Shown piece by piece: positions 1 to 13,672 of a stretch of DNA of 64,000 bases. A model generated the notes under the pieces. That model had not been told where the DNA came from. It worked only from the letters and a program-made list of their open reading frames with translations, and ran no database searches. The translations under genes and the position numbers were made by a program. The stretch is taken from positions 9,033,408 through 9,097,407 of the forward strand of contig CAVNZM010000009.1 of the NCBI GenBank assembly GCA_963693365.1, read 5' to 3'. Numbering within the stretch: the stretch's first letter is position 1; each line of letters begins with the position of its first letter. The stretch is from Amoebidium appalachense. Lineage: Eukaryota; Protista; Ichthyosporea.

Positions 1-341
1 GAGATCAACGTGTTTTGTATTGTTTCGTGTTATGCAAGAGGAGTTGGTCACACACGGTAATTTCCTTTGTGTTCTGTCGCTGGTATTATGGCTTTTCCCC
101 TAAACTTTCGTTTTCTGTATTGCCTTTCGCTAACACAAGTATATGCATGATACACATGGACGTCTGGGCACATGTGTATGTGCGCCAGCGGGCATACGCG
201 AGTACATGTACATCCGTGCACACACGCGCGTGCGCGCACACGCACACACACACACACACACATTCACACACGCACACACCACACGCACACACACGCACAC
301 ACACACACACACATACACATACACATACACACACATACACA

Positions 342-372
<31 letters not shown>

Positions 373-378
373 GCACAG

Positions 379-473
379 TGGGGCAGGCTGCACGTGACGA
401 GTACGTCAACATGTTTCCTGCCCTGGCGGCAGAGGCGCAAAAATTGACAACCGTTGGTGGTGTCCGCCTTTAG
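379..473 (+). CDS. Probable terminal exon of a gene starting upstream of the window (..[30 protein letters not shown])
   Basis: Non-repetitive 95-nt segment directly after a (CA)n-CAG acceptor, open to TAG at 471-473; a homologous inverted copy lies at 11675-11769. Confidence 0.55.
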
Positions 474-1038
474 TATTCAGCCAAACCCCATGGGTTTTGA
501 AAAATCTTTTATTTCTTTATTTACACCTTTTTTCAAACCATCCTACTTACATTGTGTGCGAAATATATTTTGTGTGGCTATGATGTTAATTGTGTGTTTT
601 TCGGCCAATCAAAACACTCGGGCCAGCCTAATTGGGTTAAATTTTAAATTCCGAGGTTGCGAATTAAATTGATCTCAAGTGATATCCCTCTTCCATTTTG
701 CTAACCAATCATCAATTACCATGTTCGTTTTTGTCCAACAATCTTGATTCTCAAGGTGACGAAATAATTCAGACATACCATAACGAGAAAGGTGTACTTG
801 GCATTCTTTTTGTAGTGCTATGGTTACTGTGAATGTGTACGCTCTCAGTCACAATCATATTTATCTGTAATTTTAAATATCGGTATTACTGTGTTTGTCT
901 GTATTTACTAAGTTTGACACTTTATCTGTATTTACGGTGTTTGACACGAATAGATATACCCATATATAGATATACCCATCAGCTGGGTAATATATATATG
1001 CTACCCAGAACAAACATCTTCGCACAGTCACAGATATC

Positions 1039-1227
1039 ATGGGGTGGTAAGAGCAAGAATCGTGTTTTGACGACATGGGGATGTGAGCCGAATGTCCAAA
1101 GTTTGCCTCGATTTGATTGGTGGGGTTCAATGGCTGACATGCCGAACCAATCAAATCGAGGCAGATTTCACCATGTGGCTCACATTCCAATGTCGTCGAA
1201 ACACGATTCTTGCTCTGACCACCCCAT
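1039..1227. repeat. Imperfect long inverted repeat (foldback/MITE-like), ~83-bp arms, ~25-bp spacer
   Basis: ATGGGGTGGTAAGAGCAAGAATCGTGTTTTGACGACAT...TGCCTCGATTTGATTGGT pairs with ACCAATCAAATCGAGGCA...ATGTCGTCGAAACACGATTCTTGCTCTGACCACCCCAT. Confidence 0.8.
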
Positions 1228-1452
1228 AGTACTGGCCGCTTTTGTCATCTGACTCTGTAAATGTAAATGCACATTATCAGAGATGGAATTTTGAATCCCC
1301 AAAGCAATGCTCAGCCTATGTAAGTGTGCACCTCAGTTGGAGCATCAGTATGAAGTTGTGTAAATAAACGGCTGTGTATGGGAATCTTGAAATTGCAACT
1401 GTGGAACGTATTGGTTTTTTTTTTTGTTATTGTGTTTTTTGTTTGTTTTTTT

Positions 1453-1484
<32 letters not shown>

Positions 1485-1523
1485 GTTCTTTACACTCGGT
1501 TTTCTCCTCAACGCCAAGCACTT

Positions 1524-1564
<41 letters not shown>

Positions 1565-2048
1565 TCACTCTCTCTCTTTCTCTCTCCCTCTCTCCCTCTC
1601 TCTCTGTCCCGCCCTCCCCTCCCCCTTCTCCCCCTCTCTCTCTCTGAAGCAAACACTGTGCATTAATAGTCAACAAAGCACTCACATGCACATACATAAA
1701 CACGCACACGCACATGCCACATTAGACGTCCTCGGTTACGGTAATGTGACACACAACTTAAGCGCCGTAGGCACGGCAACACGTGAACACACACATACAG
1801 ACGAATAGTCACACGCATTTGTACATGCGCATGCTCGCAGTGTTACGCACACGCACATAAATTCGTGCACACAGGCACACACAGGTGCACACGCACATGC
1901 ACACACGCGCACACTCACATGCTCACGCTCACGATCACACACGTGTACGCACACGCACACGCAAACACAAAGTTCACACGCGCACACACGCACACACACG
2001 CACGCGCGCAAAGTGCACAGGCTCACGCACTCATGCGCACATGCGTGT

Positions 2049-2152
<104 letters not shown>

Positions 2153-2281
2153 TCACTCATAACACACACAGTACATTAATATGCCTCAAAGGTTGCCCCA
2201 ATCAGAGAGGACATTTGTAGATAAAGGTTAGAAAGGAGGAAAGGGAGGCGTACCGATGCCTCCCCACCCCCGCTCCCTATC

Positions 2282-2331
<50 letters not shown>

Positions 2332-2748
2332 ACCCCACCCCTGCCCCGGAGCTGGTGGGAGGAGTGAAAAAAACCCCCTGGGTTAGTTGGAGTAATTTCT
2401 GTGGGCATCCCCAACAGAGCACCCTGCAATGTAATCTGTTGCAAAATGGTGTGCCTTTCAAATTGGCTGGCCGACATTATAATGGTGGTTAAATCGTGTA
2501 CATGTATGTGCGCTAATCGGTGCCACCCGGGGTAGGGTATACAAAGCGGATGCATCATCGTGACTTTTCGGCTTTTCTTTTTTTTTGCTTTTCCTTTTCT
2601 TTTTCTTTTTTTTTTGCGGGGGGGCCCAGGGGGGGGGGAGGGGGGGGGGGGGGGTGCCCGCGAGCCTGCAGTTGAGCCTCAGACAGGGAGGCCCACGTCT
2701 CCCCATGGCCACACCTTCATTTTTTCCCCTCTTTATTTATTTTTTATT

Positions 2749-2800
<52 letters not shown>

Positions 2801-3515
2801 AGCGGCCCGGAAGGGGAGGCGCGCAGAGAGCAAAGGCAGGCTATAGGGGGGGGGCACGGTGGACAGATTTTGGTGGCTTTGGCTGGACGTTTGTTTTTAC
2901 AAACTTGACTCAAGCGCATGCCGAAAGGAATTGGCGTACACTCCTACTTTTTTGTTTGTTTTATACAAACTTTCTAATTGCTAAACATCGCGCAGGGCAC
3001 GTGGTTCAGGTATATATGCTCGTCCGTCTCATGCTCCGTAATAAGAACATCATAGTATAACGATGCATAATATTATGCTTACTTAGCAGCACACACGTCA
3101 TGAGCATCGTTGAGCTCGAATCAACCATCACGCCACAAATATGGGCACGTATATAGCTGGTAGGGATGATATATGCTTAGCATATTGACCCAAGGTCACA
3201 CAACTTCTTCAGTGAATACTGATGCCTCTGTGGCTTTCAATGAATTTGACGCTGTACGTACACTGAAACATTACAATTTTTGTCTTGGACGTGCACGGCA
3301 AGTTAACCCATGATCCCAAATTGAAAAATGAAGGCCACTTAGATTCCATTCTCACACCCAAAAAAGAACCACGAAAGCCAAGACTTCATAGTTTTAACAA
3401 CCTTTTTTTTTATGGCCATGATCATAGTCCAAATCTGCGAAGTTAAACACCGACAGCAACATAATCATTGAAAAAAATCATCATGCAATTCAAGTGCTTG
3501 CATGTCTAGTCACTC

Positions 3516-4823
3516 TCATTTCTTCATGGTAGCAATAAAAAGCCCCACCCTGGACTTCCAGGCCTCAGGCACGGCCGGATACTCCAACATCTTCTCCAGC
3601 CACTCATCACGCACAGCCACTGCCTCCCCCCTGGTAGATATGTGTGACAGTGGGTCAACAGTTTCCATTTTTTTGGCTATTGGGTTCCACAGGCGGACGC
3701 GGTAATACGAATTTGATAGTTCCTTTTCAAAGCCCGATACTCTATACCCCAGTATTTGTTTCCTTTTGCTTTCTCAGGGTTGATGTTTGCAGCCCACTGT
3801 TTCCTTGCCTTTTCCCTCTCCTCCTTGTTATAGTCATACTGCAGAAGGCCCAGGGAACTGTTTGTTTCGATTTTGCCCTTGACAATACCCTCCTCCATCA
3901 AAAACATGGCCATTCGGTCGTGCATATGCCACCGCTGCATCACGACAATTGTCGAACCATCCGAGAAAATGCCCAGCAACATCAACTTCCCATTTCTTTT
4001 TCCGCGGGTCGAAACTGACACCATGGTATTTCTCCGCCTCTCCATCACCACCCGAACTACTGTAGCACCTTGAAGCTGCAGCTCCCGAAATTCCCGTCTT
4101 CATGCCGTCGGCGACAAGACCAGGCACAGCAGGGCAGTTGTTACGCATGGACCTGAGGCCAAGGGGTGCCCCCTGCAGAATAGAAGGCACAAGGTAGTCA
4201 CTATATGAATCAAATGTTATGTATGGTGAATAAAATGGATACTTTGAAGCCGAGGCCCACTTGCAAACTTCGCTGTGAATATTTTTTTGGGCCTTGCAAG
4301 GCTGCAGCTGGGTATGTATGTGGTATATATCTACTGAAGCATGTGATGCCTGGCTGCATACTCATGATCAGGTTGGAACACAAGCAATAGATCAAGCTAC
4401 TACGCCATGTATCATATAGTATTAGGCTCTACGTATACGTCAGCCAATGAAAGGTTAGCCTCGCTGCCGGCCGCCAATCACTACATCATAACAACTTCAA
4501 GTGTCACGACCTGTAAGGCTTTACACATCGTGAAACCTGATGATATTCGACACCAAAGGACGAAAAAAAAGAAAAAAAATTATAACCTTGAATATATACA
4601 TAAACCACGAAAAGCCACAATATAATGATTCTATTTTAACTGATATACACTTTTGGTCTTCTTTGAACTGTTCTTATATTAAAGTGAGAGGGTGCGTGTG
4701 TACTCGTTCATGTGTCGCAGTGTACTCTTGTGCGCGCGCCCTTTGGGAAAACGGGAGGCAAGCACTGTGTACGTGTGACCACACGTGTGGGGGTGTGCTG
4801 GGTTTTTTTGGAAGGGAGGGCAA

Positions 4824-4861
<38 letters not shown>

Positions 4862-5521
4862 GAGGGGGACAAAAGATTGTCTAAGACAATGCAATAGAAA
4901 GCGGGTGCCAGGGTACATGGGTGCATTAAGGGAAACCTATGTTCCGCATCCGCATCTCAGATGACGTAGCTTTGCGTGTTTGCAACGTTGCCAAAACCGA
5001 AGCCGTTGCTGCAAAACCATGCCTTGCTCATGTTCGGACCAAGCCTCTGCATCATGCATATGTGCCCAAGAGTACCCTGCAAAAGAACAAGATAAGTTAT
5101 AACTAACGAGCGTACCGTAAAAAACCAAACGTGTTAGGCATCAAAAACATGAATAGGCTAATATTATAATAGGCTAGGCATGATGTTAGCGGCAGCTAAG
5201 TATATAATCTTTGGCAGTGAAACGGCTGAACATACCGAAAGGACAAAAGTAACGGGAAAAAATCATTCACACAAGAAGAATATTCAGGCGAAGACTCTTG
5301 AGAAAGGGGGCTCGGCATGCACAAACACTGGCTGCGCGATGCCCTTGTATTCCAAGCCGAGGAACCTAATATACAACCGTCTGAGGACTTACAGCAGAAC
5401 AAGTCGACTGGAAAAGACTGAAGCCCATGAGTTGTGCCGTGCCAGCAGGCCCAGTACCCCGTGGAAAGTTGATCATACTGCGGATGATGGAGGAATGGTG
5501 CACGCTCCTCTTGACAAGACC
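3516..5521 (-). pseudogene. AP2/ERF-domain protein gene with two AP2-like domains, frameshifted (pseudogene or assembly error)
   Basis: Last exon 4172-3516 follows a TTCTGCAG acceptor. It reads KYHGVSFDPRKKKWEVDVAGHFLGWFDNCRDAAVA/(shift ~3925)HDRMAMFL...NKYWGIEYRALKRN/(shift ~3710)YYRVRLWNPIAKKMETV...TRGEAVAVRDEWLEKML...KK*. A candidate upstream exon 5521-5393 (CAG...GTAAGT, 43 codons) exists; the 5' end is unresolved. Confidence 0.65.
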
Positions 5522-5525
5522 CTGC

Positions 5526-5602
<77 letters not shown>

Positions 5603-6791
5603 GGGGGGGGGGGGGGGGGGAGAGGGGTTGGTGGTGGTGGTGGTGGTGGTGGTGGTGGTGTAGTGGGATTAGAGGGAGAGGGGGGGGGGGGGGGGGGGGG
5701 GGAGGCTCGAGCTCAACATTACACGCCATTCTGCTTATTGTTTTTCGGAAACTTTAGCGGGAAATTCTTTTGCGACAGTCTGCACGCGCCGCGGGACGCA
5801 GGAGGAAGGCGGAAGGGGGAAAGCAGCCCACACCCTGGACGCACACCGCCAGGGACTGACTACAAATCACAGCGCTTGAAACTAACATTAGCTTTATAAC
5901 TAAATAGCTTCAAGGCTTCCGCGGGTAATCACGTTCAGGGGGTGCACCAGTTGAAGCCTAGCCAGCGTGCTGAACATGATGCCAAGGAGAATATTGAATG
6001 GGGTTCGTTTCTTGCCACGGCTTGGCATTTGTAGTATCCCCGTCGATAATTGCATGTGCAACCTTGTCACAGTTTGCCCCAACCTCACATGCAACCCCAT
6101 ACACACTGTCAGTCACACACAGGATTACACACAGCCTCTCTGACTGTTTTGGCCCTGGACGCAGCAGTTTTTATTTAGCGGATGATGTGGTGGAAGCTGT
6201 TTGGGGGAAACTTAGAGACATTAGGGAAGGTTGTATGTGTCGTATGTACACCAGAGTAAACCGAGGTCGTGAGGCCCGGGCCCGGTGGTACGGCCCAACT
6301 TTATGTACGTGTGCTCGTGTTGACAGGGCGGCCATAAATTTGGAGCGCGTGACAGGTCTAGCCCTGTTGTGCGTGTGTTCGTGTTGGGGTGCCCCGGAGT
6401 TATTTTTTTTTATTATTGACCTCGACGACGTGCCCCAATATTAATGCTGACATGTCTCGTGGTGGTCGGCCCACCAAGAGCCGACTATCAACTTGTTCAC
6501 AACAAGCCTCCTACGTGTACACTTTGGAACATATAATATAAAGACAACTAATTATAATGAACATATATAAAGACATTATTGAGCCATGTATGAGGTGAAC
6601 GGCATGGAGAAGAAGCTTATGCACGTGAATGATATCATTATCGACATTACAGGTAAACATACGAAAGCTGGCCGGCAGAGATCATATGATGATGATGTAT
6701 TTATTGCTGGTTGTCTTTGTGCAGGAAATGTGAAGGAGCACTAACATATTTGGGCATAAAGCCCTCTCTTAAACATCAACTGCAGTTTGGT

Positions 6792-7436
6792 CTAGGGCAG
6801 GATCACATCTGGCACAATGCACTGAGTTATGGGAATGGACCCGTGCGTGCTGTTTGGCCCGCATGCGCCGGGGAACTCGTTTGTGTCGAACCACGTGACC
6901 GCCAGCTTGTAGCCCGTCACCGTGCGGTTGCTGTCGTGCGGCACATACAGGCCCTCAATGTACGCCCCCACACGGCCTCCATCTCGGTCGTCCAAGTACG
7001 TCTGCGTGCCGTTGGGCAGCTGGTGCGAAATGAAGACTTCGCGGGCGTCAAGGCACTCGCCGTGCGTGTGGTTGCCGTTGACGAAGCCCAGCCACGTGAC
7101 GGCGTTGCTGCAGAACGGGTTGTTGCCGGCCACGGGGGAGGCAAAGGCCACGGGGTCAAAGACATAGCTGACCGTGACGTCAGTGTGGTGGGGGGCGTTG
7201 ACGGTGGCGTAGGCGACAGAGTCGTTGCCCGGTAGCACGCGCAGGGTCTCAGTGGTCTTTGTGACGGGGTTCTGCACAGACACGTTGATGTAGCGCAGCG
7301 TGTAGCCCTGGCTCAGCGTGCAGTCGGCAAGGTCTCGGCCATTGTACGTCTGAACGGGAAGGGCGGCAACCAGCTCGAGGCAGGCGGTTTGGGCCATCAG
7401 GGCTACAGCGAGAGAGGTGATGCTGTTCACGGCCAT
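6792..7436 (-). CDS. Hypothetical secreted glycoprotein, family copy 1 (214 aa, intronless)
   Basis: Clean ORF with strong GC3 bias, N-terminal hydrophobic signal (MAVNSITSLAVALMAQTACLELVAA), N-glycosylation sequons (NVS, NDS, NHT, NGT, NRT, NST); near-identical to copies 2-4. Confidence 0.85.
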   Translation of the reverse strand: MAVNSITSLAVALMAQTACLELVAALPVQTYNGRDLADCTLSQGYTLRYINVSVQNPVTKTTETLRVLPGNDSVAYATVNAPHHTDVTVSYVFDPVAFASPVAGNNPFCSNAVTWLGFVNGNHTHGECLDAREVFISHQLPNGTQTYLDDRDGGRVGAYIEGLYVPHDSNRTVTGYKLAVTWFDTNEFPGACGPNSTHGSIPITQCIVPDVILP

Positions 7437-7514
7437 GTTGGTTTTTGGTGGAGTCCTTTGTTTTGTTGCTTTCGAGGTGCTTTTTTGGTGTTGTGTGGAG
7501 TCGCCGAGTCATTG

Positions 7515-7556
7515 CATTCTATATAGCCACGATGGCTCATGGGTAAACCAATCGCT
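7515..7556 (-). promoter_or_regulatory. Promoter module of copy 1: inverted CCAAT - TGAGCCATCG - TATATA
   Basis: Minus strand GATTGGTTTACCCATGAGCCATCGTGGCTATATAG; the same module lies upstream of the other copies (7921-7960, ~15074-15110, ~15484-15521). Confidence 0.55.
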
Positions 7557-7920
7557 ACGCGGTCTGTGTTACTTGATAATGATTGGAGGTCTGGAAATCG
7601 TGGAATGCAATCATGATCATAAACTGATTTTTTTACATGATCCGGGTAGGAAATTGTAGTAAACATAATATCCTGTCTCACATACCCACATATCCGCATA
7701 GAGGTGATTATGACTGAATGTGAAATAAAGATGAAAATATAGTCTTCAAAACATCTGAAATGATACAGCAATGCAAATGAAACATCTTGAGCCGTGGGGT
7801 ATTCCCAGGGCTTGAAATGGTCATCTCGTACACTTCTAGAAGTGAACCCAAACACGATTGGTCGAGGGAAATTCCCTTTATTTTGAGCACTTTTATTAGC
7901 ATTACAAAATTCTGCTTTGT

Positions 7921-7960
7921 GATTGGCTTACTTGTGAGCCATCGCAACGAGTATATAAGC
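7921..7960 (+). promoter_or_regulatory. Promoter module of copy 2: inverted CCAAT - TGAGCCATCG - TATATAAG
   Basis: GATTGGCTTACTTGTGAGCCATCGCAACGAGTATATAAG about 55 nt before the ATG at 8013. Confidence 0.55.
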
Positions 7961-8012
7961 CTAGTCTCTAATGCCACAGTGACAAAAACCAAAAGACAAA
8001 GCAACATACAAC

Positions 8013-8657
8013 ATGGCCGCGAACAGCATCACCTCTCTCGCTGTCGCCCTGATGGCCCAAGCCGCCTGCCTCGAGCTGGTTGCCGCCCTTCCCGTGCAGA
8101 CGTACAATGGCCGAGACATTGCCGACTGCACGCTGAGCCAGGGCTACACGCTGCACTACATCGACGTGTCGGTGCAGAACCCCGTCACAAAAACCACAGA
8201 GACCCTGCGCGTGCTACCGGGCAACGACTCTGTCGCCTACGCCACCGTCAACGCCCCCCACCACACTGACGTTACGGTTAGCTATGTCTTTGACCCCGTG
8301 GCCTTTGCCTCCCCCGTGGCCGGCAACAACCCGTTCTGCAGCAACGCCGTCACGTGGCTGGGCTTCGTCAACGGCAACCACACGCACGGCGAGTGCCTTG
8401 ACGCCCGTGACATCTTCATTTCGCACCAGCTGCCCAACGGCACGCAGACGTACTCGGACGACCGGGATGGAGACCGTGTGGGGGCGTACATGGAGGGCCT
8501 GTATGTGTCCCACGACAGCAACCGCACGGTGACGGGCTACAAGCTGGCGGTCACGTGGTTCGACACAAACGAGTTCCCCGGCGCATGCGGGCCAAACAGC
8601 ACGCACGGGTCCACTCCCATGACTCAGTGCATTGTGCCAGACGTGCTCCTGCCCTAG
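8013..8657 (+). CDS. Hypothetical secreted glycoprotein, family copy 2 (214 aa, intronless)
   Basis: Clean ORF, head-to-head paralog of 6792-7436 with the same signal peptide, Cys pattern and sequons. Confidence 0.85.
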   Translation: MAANSITSLAVALMAQAACLELVAALPVQTYNGRDIADCTLSQGYTLHYIDVSVQNPVTKTTETLRVLPGNDSVAYATVNAPHHTDVTVSYVFDPVAFASPVAGNNPFCSNAVTWLGFVNGNHTHGECLDARDIFISHQLPNGTQTYSDDRDGDRVGAYMEGLYVSHDSNRTVTGYKLAVTWFDTNEFPGACGPNSTHGSTPMTQCIVPDVLLP

Positions 8658-9782
8658 AACAAACTGCATTTGATTCTGTAGGAGACCGCTCTATGCACAA
8701 ATAACCGTACTCTTCAACAACTTTCGTGGCTGCACATTATGTGACAGAGCTCCAACATCACTGTGGTAAAGTTTTGTGTATGTAGCCCCATGACATCTTT
8801 TTGGAAACTTTGTAAATTACAATGCACCAATATCACATTGCAAGTGGCCCCTTATAAGTAATTGGTAGACCAAGTAGACGTCAGGCTTGCTTGGAGCGGC
8901 CCATGCCGGAAAACCGAAAGAAATATTATCAAAATCAAACTTAAAAATCGGTCCTCATCTATAGGCTCGGTCTGTACGGTTGATAATTGGCTCCTGTGGG
9001 GCCAACCACCAAGACATCATTATAATTAGAAGACAGTGAACTGGGACCGAAGTTGTAAGGTCGATGAATAAAGAAGACATTTTGTCTTGAATACGAGGTG
9101 CTACAAATTCATAAGTAGATTCTAATGTTCAAAATCCTTTTGAGACTCTGAGTCGACGTCGACTCTTTCCGAAGTGTATTCTTCCAATCCAAGCCATCAA
9201 TATCTATGTAGTTCCCCGTGCCCTACCTACCAATCCCCCGTTCGTTCCCTCATCCCCTACGAGCCTGCCCCCTTGCCCCCCCCTCCCCCCCCCCCACTCC
9301 CCCCTCCCCCATCCCCCCCCCCCCCCCCATCCCCACCCCTTCCCGGACCCTGCATCCCTAGCTTGGTAAACATTATCCCCCCCCCCCCCCCCCCCCCCCC
9401 CCCCTTCCCCCCCCCCCCCCAGGCTCCCCCCCCCCCTCCCCCCCCAAAAAAAGAACTTGAAAAACAGGCACACATACACCAAAAATAAACAAGAACAAAA
9501 ACACGTTGGCAACAGTTCCATTCATCCACTCTACCCTACCCCACATACCAATAGCATACATCGAGCAGGTACCAGTAGGACGTTAACAACACACTGAGTA
9601 TCACGTCGACGGGTCAAGCACATCATCATCATGATTTCGAATTTTGTAACGGATTAAATTTTAACGCCAGAACTCCCACAAAAACAAATCTACATAGCCT
9701 GGCCCTGGTGGCCAGTGGTCTCCATTCCTCCACCCGGGGAGAAAGGAGGGGGAAAGGGGGGGTGCCGGAAGGGTCGGAAGGT

Positions 9783-9813
<31 letters not shown>

Positions 9814-10002
9814 GGGGGGGGGGGGGCAGGGGGGGCAGGGGGGACAGGGGCACGTCGGCAAGTTCCCGTTCTTACTGTTTTACAACACTGCTTCAATTGC
9901 AAAGTTTGATTTGGGCAACTTATTATCATATGTATCTGTGTACTGGATGTCTGTGCCGACATTGTGTGTGTGTGTGTGGGTGTGTGTGTGTGTTAACGAG
10001 TG

Positions 10003-10098
<96 letters not shown>

Positions 10099-10434
10099 CG
10101 TGCGTGTGCGCTGGCATATGTGCGTGCATGTGTGGGTGTGCTTGTGCAGACGCCGTGTGCGTGACTGTGCGTGTCTGCTGTGTGTTTGTGGTGTTTGTGT
10201 GTGTGCGTACGTGTGCACGTGCACGTAGGGCCTCTGCGTGTGTCCACAAGCTGAGAATATTAATGGCAACCAGCAGTATGCATATTATAAGTCACGGTGT
10301 GTGTGCGCGAATATCGTGTTGTTTGAGCAACTTGAAATGCTGTCATATGTGCAAGTACAAAGTACAGATTGCACCGCACTGTGTGTGGGTGTGGGTCTGT
10401 GTGTGTGGGCCCGTGGGTGTGGATGTGTCTGTGT

Positions 10435-10539
<105 letters not shown>

Positions 10540-10960
10540 TGCACGCCCCTGCACGAGCGCGTGCCCGTGCACGTGTGTGTGCGCGTGCGTATGTGTGTGT
10601 GTGTTGCTCGTTTCTCCCCTGTGTGCATGTGAGTGTTGTGTGTTCTTCATCGTGTGTGCGCGTGCACGTGCGCACATGTGTGTGTGGGCGCTGCCGTGGG
10701 TACGGCGTGTGCCTGTGTGTGTGCCTGTGCCTGGGTGTACGTGCATCCGACTGTGGCGCAGTTGAATGTGTGCGGCCCATATGTTCACGTCTGTTCTGCA
10801 GGGCCTCAACGTGAGGCTAGCTTGAATATTCATGCTTTGGCTGTTTTCAGAAGAAGGTGAGGTTGCGAAGGGAGGAAAGAGTGAAGAAGGGAGAACATGG
10901 AGTGGTCCGGGGACCCCTCTAAATCTGTACACATGTGCTGTCAGGAGATTATCTCACGAA

Positions 10961-10991
<31 letters not shown>

Positions 10992-11674
10992 ATCCCCCCC
11001 CCCCCCCCCCATCCCCCCCCCCCTCTCCCCCCCGCCGAAAAACAAAAAAACAAAAAAAAATCATAGTCTGATTTTAGTTTCGGATCCAGGAATCCTTTAA
11101 CCAATCGTGTAATCATTCACAACTTCACACTATGCACATACATTACATATGCTGAGTACATTTTTGGGAATTCCAAAATCTCTCATATCTGATATGTGTG
11201 TTCTCTGGAACTCGAATAACAAAGCGGCCAGCGCCAATACAAGTGACTGACTCCAAAAGTGTTTAACCGGGATGGTGTATAGTAACTGGATTGGTATGTC
11301 TATCCATGTTAAATACCATAAACATAATCAATTGCTATGTGAAGGGAGGTACCTTTCACACACATTACAAAAACGCTCATGCAAAGTATACCTTTCTCAT
11401 TGTGCTTATTCGGACTTCTTTCAACCACCCCGGGTCCTCAAGACACTCAAAAAAGACCATGCTGATTTATCATTCAGCAAAATTTTAAGTGCGCTTGAGA
11501 TAGACGATAAGGCGCGATGCTAAAATTCTGACCCATTCAAGACGACACATGTAGCAAATTTACATAGCCATTCTGTTCTACTCAGGGAAGCCTGGGAAAG
11601 GGGGTATTGCGCTGTAATTTCGGGTGTTGGTAAAGATAGAAAAGAAAAAAATCGACCATAGTTTTGGCCTAAAA

Positions 11675-12210
<536 letters not shown>

Positions 12211-12917
12211 GGTGCATTATTAACTCCAGGCTCTTGCTCTCTTGCCTGAACGGAATAATACAAAAAACGCACCCTGAGTCTAAAGCCTAGCAGGTCAAAA
12301 CGCTTACAAGCACCGTATGATAAGTATCAGCAAGTATGAGAAGGAGTGATAGTGGACGTAGTCAGAATGACCCAAAATCACCTACATAAATGGTGCCTTC
12401 ATATTCATCGGCCCAGTAACAAAGAGCAAGCTATACATCAAGCCCTTCACTTGTTCCTTGCACTTTTTCTTCTTCGTTTTCTCAGTGAATTCCTCCTCTT
12501 CAAAATTTATAAGGCTCTCCTCCTTCTCTCTCCCCCCCTAGCCACTCCCATGCACGCACACACCCACCCACACCCCATCACCATTTAACCACCACCACCA
12601 CCACCACAAAAGAACGTCGGGGGAAACGGGGAGGGCGGAAGGTGGGGGTTTAGAATGCATATGGAGTCAGAAGTACACGCTCATGGCGGACAACACACAC
12701 GGACAATGCAGGGGGGGAGGGGAGGGAGGGGATGGGGAAACAAAGCAGGGAGAAAAAAGGGGTAGGAGAGGTTTGGTTATTCCTTCTTGGAAAATTTGTG
12801 CTGCCTAGGCGCCAGTTAATGGGCCATGAGAAGAGCTCGCAGATATTGCACTCCACACCGCCACCACGAAACGGCTGAGAGAGAGGGAGAGGAAGAGAGG
12901 GATGGAGGAAGGTGAGT

Positions 12918-13169
<252 letters not shown>

Positions 13170-13290
13170 GGGAGGGAGGGAGGGAGAGGGAGGGGGGGAG
13201 CTCGAGGGAGGGAGGGAGGGAGAGGGAGGGGACAGAGAGGGGGGAGGGGCGAGGGGGTCGCAGGGGGAAGAGGGGGGGGGGGGGGGGGGG

Positions 13291-13321
<31 letters not shown>

Positions 13322-13632
13322 AGAAGAAAGAAAATATAAAAGGAAAAGAGGGGAAGGGAGGAATAGTCTAAGAGGAAGCGCGACGTGACACGTGCACTGC
13401 CTGCACTGTGTACTTGCGTGCGTGCACGTGTGAGTTTGTGAGCAAACCTGAGTAAATAAAATCGGAGGTTGATATGAATGTCGCTTAAAAAAAAAGAAAA
13501 GAAAAAAAGGAACAGTAGATTTTCCAGGAAGGCCACAAGTCAACAACTTCTTTTTTTTTCTTTCTTTTTTTTTTTTTTTGTTAAGACGTTTTTCACCAAC
13601 GGTTTCGGGACGGGGGGAGGGAGGGAGGGGGG

Positions 13633-13672
<40 letters not shown>

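Noticed and set aside
6711-7235. Antisense and alternate-frame ORFs over the secreted-protein genes (also 8214-8669, 14263-14766, 15465-16022)
   Set aside because: Shadow ORFs antisense to real coding sequence or the RT fragment.
9150-9165. 16-bp perfect palindrome GAGTCGACGTCGACTC
   Set aside because: Isolated and short, with no supporting context.
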